A stretch of 64,000 nucleotides of DNA from Paragordius varius (Eukaryota > Animalia > Nematomorpha), in the NCBI GenBank assembly GCA_964247055.1, contig OZ176053.1, forward strand, positions 4,712,001 to 4,776,000, written 5' to 3'. How positions within the stretch are numbered: position 1 is the first letter of the stretch; each line of letters begins with the position of its first letter. The position numbers were made by a program, and so were the translations under genes. Of this stretch, positions 52,002 to 63,876 are shown in pieces. A model generated the notes under the pieces. It made no database searches and was not told the DNA's origin. It saw nothing but the letters and a program-made list of their open reading frames with translations.

Positions 52002-55000
52002 ATGGACCACGATGGTACATCGGAATCTCACAGGTTAAATTCAATGCTTGGTTATGTTCGGCCTTATTGGATTCCTGATGAAGAAACAGATTCCTGTATG
52101 TACTGCGATCAAAAGTTTACTTTAGTTAGAAGACGTCATCATTGTCGAGCTTGTGGAAAAGTTTTTAATTGTTATATTGTTAGATATTATGTGCATTTTG
52201 TTGTAACAAGAAAATGATCTTACCATCCATGAATTTTAAAATGTCCAGAGTTTGTCTCGCTTGTTATCATCTTTTAGAAAATGACAAAGGTATAATATAT
52301 TTAATATAATAGATTTCTCAATTTTATCAAATCTATACTCCGATGAAAATTTAAATACTAAGATGAATGGTATTCATCCTGATCCCACCAAACCTGAACA
52401 ATATTGTTCAACTATACCTCCATTTATGCAAGCCAAAAATACCGCAAATAACATCCCTGTTGTATATGTCCCTACCAGCATATTAAAAAGTATGTAAAAT
52501 ATTTTTATATCATTAAAAATGTTATTTTTATAGATGGCAAAAGCAATTCAAACAAGGTTTATAATCATACTATTGAACATGGCTTCTTAACCTCGAATTC
52601 CGACATTGAAACAGCTCAATCTGCCGAAACCCAATTGTTTGAAGCTAATGTTACAGTTAATGGCGATGGCTCCGAAAATCAGCAACAACACCGTAAAGAT
52701 ACGACAGCTAAAAAGAGTGTCATTTTTGCCGATGGTATAAGACCAGGAGGGGATTTGAGTTTGGAATCAGACAATTCATTTAAATATTCTTCGACATCGT
52801 CGTCTTCAAACCTGTTTAGAAAGAAACACTTAATTTCCTCATCTTCATCGTTATCCTCCTCGTCAGGTAAAGCAAGACAAGCCTCAATAATGGTCATTCC
52901 TGCCGTTGCTCACATTCCTCCAGCCATCCTTAAGTTTGTAACACCGTCCAACAATTTGTTATTTTCACCTCAACAAGCGTCAGACGATAATAGTAAAACT
53001 AATGTGACTGAACCATCACATGATAGATGGATATCACCCACATGCACCCTATTTATCTGCTCAAATCTCAGGCTTATCTCTCATCTTAGCTATGAATGTA
53101 GTAAGAATATTGTTTATATTTAATATTAGGACGAATAATTAATAGTTTTGTAATATGAAGGCAAAATATGGAGTTTATAGGCTTCTTTATACTCGTTAGT
53201 TGGGGTATTGGTGTTGATATATTAATTTTGGACAATCCAATTTGTTTTCTAAGACATGTGTACATATGTATTATCTTTTTAACAAATTTATCTGAAAGAA
53301 TCAATCACAAATATTTGTCTTAATAGTATTATAAATATGTTTTCTAAGTTTTATTTCTAATTTAGTATATTCTTATTTTATATTTAATTTTATATATAAC
53401 ATTCCACAAATATTAATTGTAATAATCGAAATTCATGCTTTAAATAAATTCCATTATTGCTGAATTTGAATAATTCCCAATTTTAACCTATAATTGCAGT
53501 TATAGTTTTTATTATTTTAATTTGGTTTTCTATAAATTACAATTATATAAGAATGTTTAATATAGGTTTGTGCAATTTAGTTTACCTTTATTTGCGTTTC
53601 GCATACGTATCATCATGTAAAACATGTAATTTAATAATTAAAACTAATGGTTTTTAGTTACGCCAAAGGTTTTTTAGTTAATTGTTTGATAGATTTGTTT
53701 TCCTCCTTTCGTACAGGTACACACATGGCGCAATACCTACATTTACGCACTAATGGTATGAAGGGAGTTGGAATGTCAGAACTTTCCTGTATCATAGACC
53801 TCTCAGCTAATCAAAATTACGCTAGCAAAGAATCTCTGGAATCCATTATTTATGATTTTGGATATCAATTCTATCGCATTTATGTTGACTCACTACATGG
53901 TATGTGCGGCATTTATTTCTTGGACTCTCTTATTTAATTTATAGTATGCACATTTTTATTGGCTCACATTATTTTTGGCTAATTGGCAATACCAATAGCG
54001 TATGGGTAAAAACAACAAATGGCTTAAACTAAACATTTTTTTCCTATCTTACAACATTAAATTTGTTTATTTATTTAGGAAAAATTTATTTTATATTTTA
54101 CTCTACTGTATCACCAATTAGCCAATAATAATAGGAATTAAACTGTATTGGTGTTAATTTTTCGGATTTCTTTTGATTCCTATAAACGATTATTTTTCCG
54201 AAATATTTTATGCAATAATGAGTGAAATATAGTTAATTTTTATAAAGTAGTTGTTTAAATCATTTTTAATTTTGGATTAATGCTCATATATATATTATTT
54301 TAACCATCTTTTAATCAATTCTTGCAGGTAAAAATTTTAGTGCCCTTGATTACATTTCAATGTATAAACGTGGTCCACCCCTACAAAACACAAATTCGTC
54401 TGAATCAAACTCTCAAAGTTCTTCCTCAGCAGAATTATCCTCATCTTCTAATATCAACACATTGTCATCATCCAGTACAAATATGAGAAATTCTTTCCTA
54501 TACGATTCTTGTATGTCAGGATTCCTGTTAATAAATTTGCCCCATCCTTCATTCGTACAAGCAAACACTAATTATCGAAGTCTTGTTTGTGAACATTTTT
54601 ATCACTATAGCAGCAATGTATCCAACAGCAATAATAATATTAATGATTCAAAAGAATGTCTAAACAATGCTAATGCTAAAATGTTTCATACCAAAACACC
54701 AAATATGTACATTGAACCTCCGCGTCTTTACTCCTTACTTATACACAAATGGGAAGTTTCTTGGGCACATTTACTACCTGCCAGGTTGCTTTACCGCCTT
54801 GGATATGAATTTTCATGTAAGAATGCGCACAAATACTTTATATTATATATCATTTTAATTCGTAAAACACCGCTATCAAGGTTTTTTCTCTCTCATTTTT
54901 GTTTACTAATGATTTTAAATTATTTTTTTCGGCTTTGGTAAATTTAGTTTGTGAAAAAAATTTTTTTATTCAAAGCTTATTTGCGTTTTTAAAACAGAAT

Positions 55001-58000
55001 TATTTAATACATAGTTATAATCTAATTTATTAACAGGGTCATTTATTGGTAAAAAATCATATTTGTTAAAATTATTATAAGTATTTTTAAGTTTTTAATA
55101 ATCTAATATTGCGACGGCTTTTTAGGTGCGCCGATATATTTTAAGGTATTAAAAATATACATATGAATTTTTCGATCAAATTCATATATAAATTACATGG
55201 CATTCTTTCAAATTTTATGATTTTTTTAACCTTATATTTCATACACTTTAAAAGATTTCCCCTATCCCATTGTTTCTTCCCTGGATAGAAAATCGACATT
55301 TTTTGAGCTCAATCACACCATAATGAATCTGTTGGCCGATTGTAAAAATTTTAAATACACGCTAACACGAATATCCGGTCTTAACATATTGTATGATCCC
55401 AAAAACTCTTCCATACGCATACTAATCCAAAATCAAGAACTTGAAGTAATCATTATTTTCTATTATACATTTTTTTAATCAAATGCAAAATTTCAATTGC
55501 GTTTAAACTGGAAAAAAAATATTTTGTGTAAAGTGAAAAAATTTGTTTTTGTGTGGGGCCTGTGATAAAAATATTAAAGTGTTGTTTTTGTTAAAAAGGG
55601 ATGATATATCAAAATTACAAGGTTTAGTATACATTGTATAGAGTTATCTTAAAATTGGAAGAATTTTATAAAAATATATTTTATGATGTCCTTTCCTTTT
55701 TCCGAAATTTAATAAAAAACATCATTTCTACAAGAAAGTAATTTAAAAATTTAATAAATTTAAATGATATACTTTTTTTTGCTATAGGACATAGATTCTC
55801 TTATCACATCATTTCGTATTAGTGACCATGTTTTAGCGTTTGCCAGTGATATATGTCGGCCCCCGGCTAATTCTGTCCATGCATGTATACAACACGATGA
55901 GGATTTTGATGTTTTATCCAACACCACCACCAATTATTCTAATGGTATAATGGCTGGTGATAATGGCAATTTTTTACCAAAAAATGACAAATTTGATAAT
56001 GATGACTTAAAACATCAACACACTTTGCATGTTTGTTGCGAAAATGACAACACTTTTACATCACACAATGAACAGAAAGTTATAACATTAGATCAAAACA
56101 ATAAAACCTTGATTAATGGGGTGAATAATGTATTATCGGCGCCAGAAATAGGCGGGATTCATCAATCTTTTGTGCGAAAAGTTTTTACCAACACCGAAAA
56201 TACTATCATCGAAAAAGATGGTAAGATAGATTTATTTAATATGCACATATAATTTACAATTCGTATTCTTTGTTATGAATTGGAAGATGTTGTATTTTCA
56301 TGCACATTTTATAATTAACACGGTTATGTGGTCGATGTTTCCCGTTTAATGAATGGAAGATATTTTTCGAAAGTTTTGAACTTTAAACGTTTTAAGTTTT
56401 ACATTTTGGACTTTTTGATATGGGATGGAAGCCTGATACTGTAATGTTGAAAATTTATAAACTAAAGTCATGGTAGTAAATATGCAGTATGAGTAAATAT
56501 ACAATTTAGATTCGTATATTGAATAGCATATGCAGCGAGCATTATTATTGGTTAATAGCAGTAGAAAGGCGAAAAATTAAGTATAGGCCAATTATGCCCT
56601 TTGCCCTTTGACTTAGCTCACTTAATAATTGTTAAAAAAACAAGCATGTACAAATTTTAACTTGTGATATTTTTTATAATTATTTTTATTTATTACATAC
56701 TATGATGCTAGATTTAGTAATAAATGCAACCTTTATCGTTTTCAATGGCTCACTAAAAACTCATCCGAACCCAGCTATGAAATCAAGTTCTTCCAAACCA
56801 AAATTAACACCAAATACTACAAATATATCCAAGTAAAATAAAAAATATTGTTTTTTTCAATTAAAATATTCATCTTTTTTTAATTAAAATTTTTATATAT
56901 AACAAAATAGTCAAACACATTTTGAAAACGATACATTTGAAACGAAGAATATCACAAAAAATTCAATGTTTATTGAAGATGACATAAAAATAACTCAAGT
57001 TGAGGATGGTTTGATGGTACATGTTAATCCTAACACTATAACAGAAATTACACAGGCACTTACGAAAAGGATTGATTTTATTATTGGGTAAAATTTTTTG
57101 CGACAGCATTTATAATAACAAATCAAATGTACAGTTTGCAAAATTTTATATATCTATATCTCTCTCCCAACTTTATAATAATATTTATGATATTATTGTT
57201 GGATTTAAAGGTTTATTGGATTATTGTGGTTGAAAATTGAGAAAACATTTTGAGAGTTTTTAAATTCAATAAAGTTTAAAGCAATAATTAAAATTTATAT
57301 TCATAATAGGTGTATTATTATTTACAAATTTCATGTTTTATGTTAATCGGATGTATATTTACCGTTAATTTTTGGCAATAATTTTTAACTTTATGAACCA
57401 AATTGATCATTCATAACCATAGATCCAAACCAATTAAAAACACGGTAATTAATGTCACGAAAAAATCTCCAAATACATCCCTTAAAGCAGATATTTTACC
57501 CAAAAATGAAACAAGCAAACCAATTCCAAGCCAAAAATCGATTGTTGACGTTGATAGTTTGTCTTTACCGCCAAATACAACTAATTCGCCACATTTAAAT
57601 GAATTAATGCAAGCTTTTAGTATAACAAACACAACGTTAGAGAGTCCCCAATGGTCCTACGATGATGATTATTACGTTGAAAATAGTTTTCAAAATTATT
57701 GCAATAAACCAAAAATGGAAAAGGAAAGCAAAAAAGATACCAACACAAATGTGAATCTCCAAGCAATGCGGGTAATGTTATATATGTTTATTAATTTACG
57801 TCAAAGCAAAATCAAATAATTAAAGTGAATATTGTCAAAAGTCATTTGTTTATTACCGCTAGTTTTTGATGATTTTATTTGAAAAATGATGCTTTTAGAT
57901 AACTTTTAAGTAGTATATACAAAAATTTAGATTTTGGATTTTATGTAATTTGCAATATCAATTTTAGTTGAACAAGTTACAGATGCAACTGCATTAGATT

Positions 58001-59551
58001 ATAAAAATAGCCCAAGTGATAAAACTACTGCAAACAAACATCAATCATTACACAATGTAGAAACGGTCTCTTTTAAATGGTCCGATTTGTCGCACGATGA
58101 ACAAAGTGATAAACTATGCAATAAAAATACTAACGAAACATTATTTACCAAATTTATTGGGTAATCCTTACAAAATATAATTTTATTTGAATTATTATTT
58201 TATAATTTAATTTTAAAATGAAATATATTCATTTAAAATTATTTTATATAAAACCTTAGAAAAAATGTTAGTTTGATTGATGGACAATCTCTTGAACATT
58301 CAGTCAACTTTAAACCACGTGGTTTTATGATGGATTATTTAAACAAAGATTTGTACATACGCTTAGTTGAAATATATTACTTACAAATGGATGCATTAAT
58401 TACATCAAAGTAAAAATAAAAAATACCATTATATTTTGTGGAGAAATATAGAATAATTAAGTCCCTATATTATTTTATAAATTCAAGTATAGCAAGACTT
58501 AAAATATCAATATTTTGTCATTCGCCCTAATTAAGAAAACGTAATGAAGTGTGTAAATCTTTGATTCCATTTTACTTCCTGTTTTTAATCTTATTAGTAA
58601 TCATCGGCTTATTGCTCTGATTGATTTTTTACATTTTTAATATGTTTTGCCATACTTTTGCGATTGAAACACATATTTAATTTATCGGTTTCGCCCTGCT
58701 TCCAGAAACTTTTTATTGCAAAAACAAAAGTTTTATTGAGATTGTTCACAAAATTACTCTTTTCTATATTGCCCCCAAAAAATATTATTTTTCCAATAAT
58801 ATACTTACAGAACGGATATGGATGTTGAAATCGCTGCTCAAGACTTATCTCAAGCCTTTTGTGAATGTCTGGTTAATCGTTTACATTTGGTCGCAAGTGC
58901 CGGAATATCTCAAATAAATCTTCGCATCACCATAGATGCAAATAATGTAACACAACCCTCTATTCATTTTTTTATCTTTTAATCCAATCATGTTATATGT
59001 TTGTGTGAATTAGATTAAATTTATCGAAATAAGGGAATGTTTTGAGGTTTAGATTCTATTTTTTCACTCATTTCATTGTGAAATAATAACTTGTTAAAAA
59101 TAAAAATTTAAGAAAATGTAGTTTCGTGTACACATTTTTTGAAAATAAGTTTTACTTTTTATGTTACTATCAATATATTATTCATCCCCTTTAAAGGATG
59201 GTAAAGAATTATTTGGTTTTCAAAGGAAAAATATATACCATTATATTTTTTATGCATTGATAGCAATGATTATATTTTTATATAATCATATAACTTTTTC
59301 TTGGTATCCAGGTTGGATACGAAGTTAGTTCACTCGGAGCAATATATGAACAAAGTTATATGGGGGAACTTGATGATTACCTCATACCCATTATTCATGC
59401 AACATTACATAATTATGGAGCACCCTTGTTAGATTTGGCTGATGAGAGGAATGATACAACTACCCTTCGAACTAATAAAAAAATGAAATTCAGTACCATA
59501 AATCCGGATGCACTTATCCTTGAACTCGTTTTCCACATACTAAAAATGTAG
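52002..59551 (+). CDS. ZFYVE9: SARA/endofin-family FYVE protein (FYVE zinc finger, Smad-binding motif, PP1-binding motif, conserved C-terminal region), 16 exons, about 1230 aa
   Basis: Exons: 52002-52160, 52184-52289, 52313-52489, 52534-53100, 53717 (or 53693)-53899, 54328-54816, 55255-55445, 55788-56220, 56712-56832, 56911-57087, 57423-57771, 57914-57944, 57968-58160, 58260-58409, 58811-58946, 59312-59551; all in frame. Motifs: [38 protein letters not shown]...RVCLAC; [15 protein letters not shown] (Smad-binding domain); KSVIFADG; [20 protein letters not shown]; HTIMNLLAD; VEDGLMV; LIDGQSL; ELVFHIL. ZFYVE9 vs ZFYVE16 cannot be resolved; invertebrates usually have one Sara gene. Confidence 0.93.
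52161..52183 (+). other. 23-nt GT-AG intron inside the FYVE domain
   Basis: GTTTTTAATTGTTATATTGTTAG. Removing it joins CRACGK to ILCAFCC and restores zinc ligands 5-8. If retained, the frame ends at TGA 52215-52217. Confidence 0.85.
52290..52312 (+). other. 23-nt GT-AG intron between the FYVE and Smad-binding exons
   Basis: GTATAATATATTTAATATAATAG. It contains an in-frame TAA. Removing it gives an open frame into [15 protein letters not shown]. The next AG (52362) is out of frame. Confidence 0.8.
57945..57967 (+). other. Probable third 23-nt GT-AG intron
   Basis: GTAATTTGCAATATCAATTTTAG. It links a 31-nt exon (57914-57944, [10 protein letters not shown]) to exon 57968-58160 in phase 1. A weaker alternative (donor at 57800) exists. 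Confidence 0.6.
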
Positions 59552-60364
59552 GAACAGACATAAACAGATTTGTTTTTTTTGGAAAAAAGCCAAATATTTT
59601 AAAAAGTCATGTTTTCTCTAGAGTTTGATATCTTGTATAAAACATCACAATTTATGATGAATATACGATTATAAATTGCGTTTTTTGCTTGAAAAATACT
59701 AATTTTCTTTGTATATAAATCACATTTTCTCAAAATTATCGAACAAGTAGCGCACTTATTTAACGCAAAGAGAGAAAATTTGCACCGATTATTCAAATCA
59801 AAATTATTTATTGTAATAAAAACATTTTATATGATCATCATATCTAAATTAAAAATATATGTATATAATTAATTTTTATAATTTAATTTTATTTAATTAT
59901 TTGTTTTTATATATGGAGCATATTATATAAATTGCAACATATTTTGTAAGCCAACAAACTACTCAAAAACTTTTATAAACTATGAAATTATTTCGAATAG
60001 TATAAATACATTATATATCCAATTTTTTAGTCTATATTTCTTATTCCCCATATATTACCACATATGATAATTTATTTATCTATTTAATAAATTTTGACTA
60101 TACAATTTATTTTATTATTGTATTCTTGCTTTTGATAGAATTAGTTTGAAAAAAAAGTTTGAGATTGCATAACAATTTATAAAGTGTAAATGGAAGGACT
60201 AGTGGAGTAAGTAATTGTTTCACGGGTATAATAATAAAAAGTATAAATGCATTAATTATATGATAAAATTTATAAAACATTTGGTAGTGTTTAACTATAT
60301 TGCTATGGATGGTTTATATCATTCATCAAATTATGATATTTAAAAGGTTTGAAAATGATATGAA

Positions 60365-63300
60365 TTAAAATGCGGGACGTTGGGGAAAATTTGATATGGA
60401 TATGCAGGCATTTTCTACTCTTTCCCATATTTTTTCCATTCGATCCAACGATTTTTCTCTGCGTTCCAGCAATTTTTCTATCCGTTCAAAGTTTTTTTGT
60501 GAATTAAACTACACAACACATAATTTATTAAATATGTGGAAATTTATTTAAAAACGTGTCATCTTAAATAAGTAAAGAAAAAGTGCATACGGTTTAGGAC
60601 ACTAAAAAGGATGTCCGTCTTCAGCGTTAAAAAGAATAAGAGATGTAAGAACAATCGCTTTTCCTTATTTAAAATTTTTAAAAATATTTATTGCTGTTTT
60701 TTCCCTATAATAAAATAATAAGTTTAAACCATGTCCAACAAACAATTTATTAAATTTACCAGACATAAGTTGCTACTACTAATGGGAAAAAAATAACCGA
60801 GGGAACAACAACTTTGAGCTGAAAACAAAAGAGTCCATATGGGATCAATCATCAAGATTATCTTTGTTTATATCACTCATCTTTTGTCCTTTCTCTCGGT
60901 TAAAGTTGTTTCCTTTGAGAATCTCTAATGATTTTCGTGTAAGTCTTTGATTATTATTAAAATCGTAATTCAATTAACATTGTCAAAGGAAACGTTATGG
61001 TTTTCCAACAATGTTCTGCATAAAACCTATTTTTTAAGTTATATTTGTGTTCATTGCGTGTTTTAACTTTCCTGGCGGTTTGGCTGATATAAACCCTACC
61101 ACACCATGCTTTATACACCCTTGGATAATTTTTTTAGATTTATTATTATTTGATAAAAAATATTTAATTTTAGACCTGGTGCGACAATGCGATCGGTGAT
61201 ATTTTGTACATAACTCAGTGAAATAAAAAACTTATGATTTTTGGTGTTTCTAGTGTTATTTAATGATAAAATTGCCCGATTAATATCGTTTGCAGAATAT
61301 CCATTGTTTAAAAAGACTTGAACAATACCATCTGTTATAATATAATATATTTGTTCGCATTATCTGTTAATTTGAGTCTCCGAAAAATTTGATTTTTAAA
61401 ACATTCCTTTTCTGTAGAAAGTTATGATAGAATTTTTTTGTATTAATAATAATTTTTTTGAATTCAATGGTAATTTTTATTGCAGACAGGAGGGTTACCG
61501 ATGGGTTACCCGTTTTTCCCCATTTTAGGTTGATCTTTTTATGGAAACATTTGAAAATTAATTTATACTAAATATTTTTTAAAACCGAACGGTATATGGA
61601 CGATATGTTTATATTTGGCCACATACAAGAACTGATCTTTCCTTGTTTTTAGATCATATAAATTCCAATCCTATTGACATACGGTTAACCGTCGAATTTG
61701 GGACTACCGGTCGTTACCATTTTTATTAATTACCCGGAATGACAGAGCATTGTCATACAGTTTTTATCAAAAACCCACTCATTTCAATACATATTTACAT
61801 AAAAGTTCTGACCATAACTCTCTACAAAAAAAGAATGTTTTAAAAATCAAATTTTTCGCCGGCTTAAATCAACTCATAATGCAAATAAATAATATTAAAA
61901 CAGATTGTTTTGTTCAAACTTTTTTAAAAAATGGATATTCTGCAAACGATATCAATCGAGTAATTTTATCATTAAATAACACCAGAGAAAACACCAAAAA
62001 TTATAAGTTTTTTATTCCACTGCCGTATGTACAGAATATCACCAATCGTATTGTTCACATTTTAAAGCAATTTGACATTGGAGTGGGGTTTAAACCAGGT
62101 TTAAAATTAAAAACTTTTTTCTTAAATAAAAATAAATCTTAAAAATATTATCCAAGGGTGTTTAAAGTTCCATGCGAGTGTGGTAGGGTTTATATCGGCT
62201 AAACCGCAAGGAAAGTTAAAACACGCCTGAATGAACACAAATATAACTTAAAAAATGGGGATTTTAAAAGTTGTATTGCATAACATTGTTGACCTTTGAC
62301 AATGTTAGAATCATTAAAGATTCTCAAGGGAAACAACTTTAACCGAGAGCAATGACAAAGGATGAGTGATTTCTTGATGATTGATCCCTGAACTCTTTTG
62401 TTTTCAGCTCAAAGTTGCTCCTTAAATTATTATTTTTTTCCCATTGGTAGTATCAACTTATGTCCGGTAAATTTAATAAATTCTTTGTTGTACATGGTTT
62501 TAACCCTTCTCAGTGACAAAAGGTTTAACTTATTACTTAACATAAAAAAACAGCTATAAATATTTTAAAAAAAATTGTATATAAGGAACAACGATTGTTC
62601 CCACATCCATTCTTATTCTTTTTAACGCTGAAGACGGACATCCTTTTTAGTGTCCGAAACCGTACACACCTATTATTTACTTATTTAATATGACACGTTT
62701 TTAAATAATTTTATACTATTTACGTGTCGAAATGAATTATAATCTACATTTATTAAAAAATTCTAGTAGATTTATTAGTATAGGCTATAAATTGTGCTTC
62801 CTTTTAAGTACAATCAAAACTCTTTTTTTGCGGTTCCAACCCACAATAAAGTATAATTTGAAATCAATTTTTTAGTCGGCATAAAATGTAAAAAAACATT
62901 TTGGCGAAAAGAAAATATTCCACAATAACTCTAAGCAAAAACAGCCAAGCTACTTTAAAAACACGTCTACGAAATTGTTATTTTTTTCACCGATGTTTTT
63001 CAAAGGTTATTATAAAAGATATTTATCATTTTAATTTTTGATATAAATGCTGAAAAAATGGTCATAAGATTTTTCCCAATAACCAATAATAAGCACAACC
63101 ATGCAAAGATACATTTGCACAATGAGGTAACAAAAGAATCAATTAACAAAAAAGTCCCACAAAAATAGTTTGACATTACATAAGACTAGAATTTTTTGAT
63201 TAATATTACTAAACTAACTGTAATATTTTTGAAATTTAGTTCAAACCATATATAACAAAATATAATCTAAATACGTGCGTTTTTGTTTCCACAAAAAGTA

Positions 63301-63876
63301 TCAAACATATAAATTTATAATTTTTATAATAATATATACCTTAAGATCCGAATTTTGTTTTGTTATATCTAATTGGAGATTGGCTATTTCATTGTGCACA
63401 TATTTTTTTAGATCCTCAAAATATTGATTCATATTATTATGACCAGAATCTTCATCTTGATTCATGATATCAGATTTTGCCCAAATATCCCGTGAAGCCG
63501 CGGTTAAATTTATATCATCTCCGGCACCCGAAAAATAATTTACAATATTTTCCAAAAAATTTACATCAAGGTTCAATGGATCAATTTGGGTTACTATATC
63601 ATTCCCTTTTTTGGGGTTGTCATGGTTATTGGTATTATCACAAACAGGACTGAAATCATTAATATCAATTAAATTAGTGTTGTCTGACATTGAATTTTCA
63701 TTGAGAATGTCTTTTGGTGGTGGTATTGAATTAACGGAAATATTTTGTGTCTCAGTCATACTGATATTCATATTAGTCGTAGGTTGAATACATAAATGGT
63801 TCATCAAATCAAAATTGTTTTGTTGAGGTGGTTCAAATAAAAAATCGGTAGTACCGAAACTCAGAGGTAATGGTTT
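60365..63876 (-). CDS. 3' exons of an orphan gene ending in a heptad-repeat coiled coil; 5' end probably outside the window
   Basis: Exon 63876-63340 (537 nt, ttttag acceptor, KPLPLSFG...ITKQNSDLK, donor AAG|GTATAT, phase 0). Exon 60508-60365 (gtgtag acceptor, FNSQKNFERIEKLLERREKSLDRMEKIWERVENACISISNFPQRPAF stop). Joining them is inferred from matching phase and a continuous coiled-coil pattern. Confidence 0.6.
60544..61181 (-). mobile_element. Inverted copy of the 3' part (endonuclease + 3' UTR/pLTR) of the same Penelope-like element
   Basis: The reverse complement aligns to about 62095-62705, e.g. attatccaagggtgt, gagattctcaa, ctcttttgttttcagctcaaagttg, cgctgaagacggacatcctttttagtgtcc, gacacgtttttaaataa. 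Multiple indels separate the arms. Confidence 0.9.
61182..62705 (+). mobile_element. 5'-truncated, degenerate Penelope-like retroelement (RT + GIY-YIG endonuclease)
   Basis: RT motifs: LPMG (61495-61506) then DLFMETFE; RYMDDMF (YMDD at 61593-61604); FYQKPTHFNTYLH; IPLPYVQNITNRIVHILKQFDIGVGFKP. GIY-YIG motif VFKVPCECGRVYIG*TARKVKTRLNEHK at about 62158-62240. Stops and frameshifts throughout. Confidence 0.92.
62621..62670 (+). ncRNA. Hammerhead-ribozyme-like core in the PLE 3' region (inverted copy at about 60588-60630)
   Basis: CTGAAGA-C-GGACA(tcctttttag)TGTCC-GAAAC matches the CUGANGA / stem II / GAAA core typical of Penelope elements. Stems I and III cannot be drawn convincingly. The inverted copy reads TAAAC instead of GAAAC. 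Confidence 0.55.
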
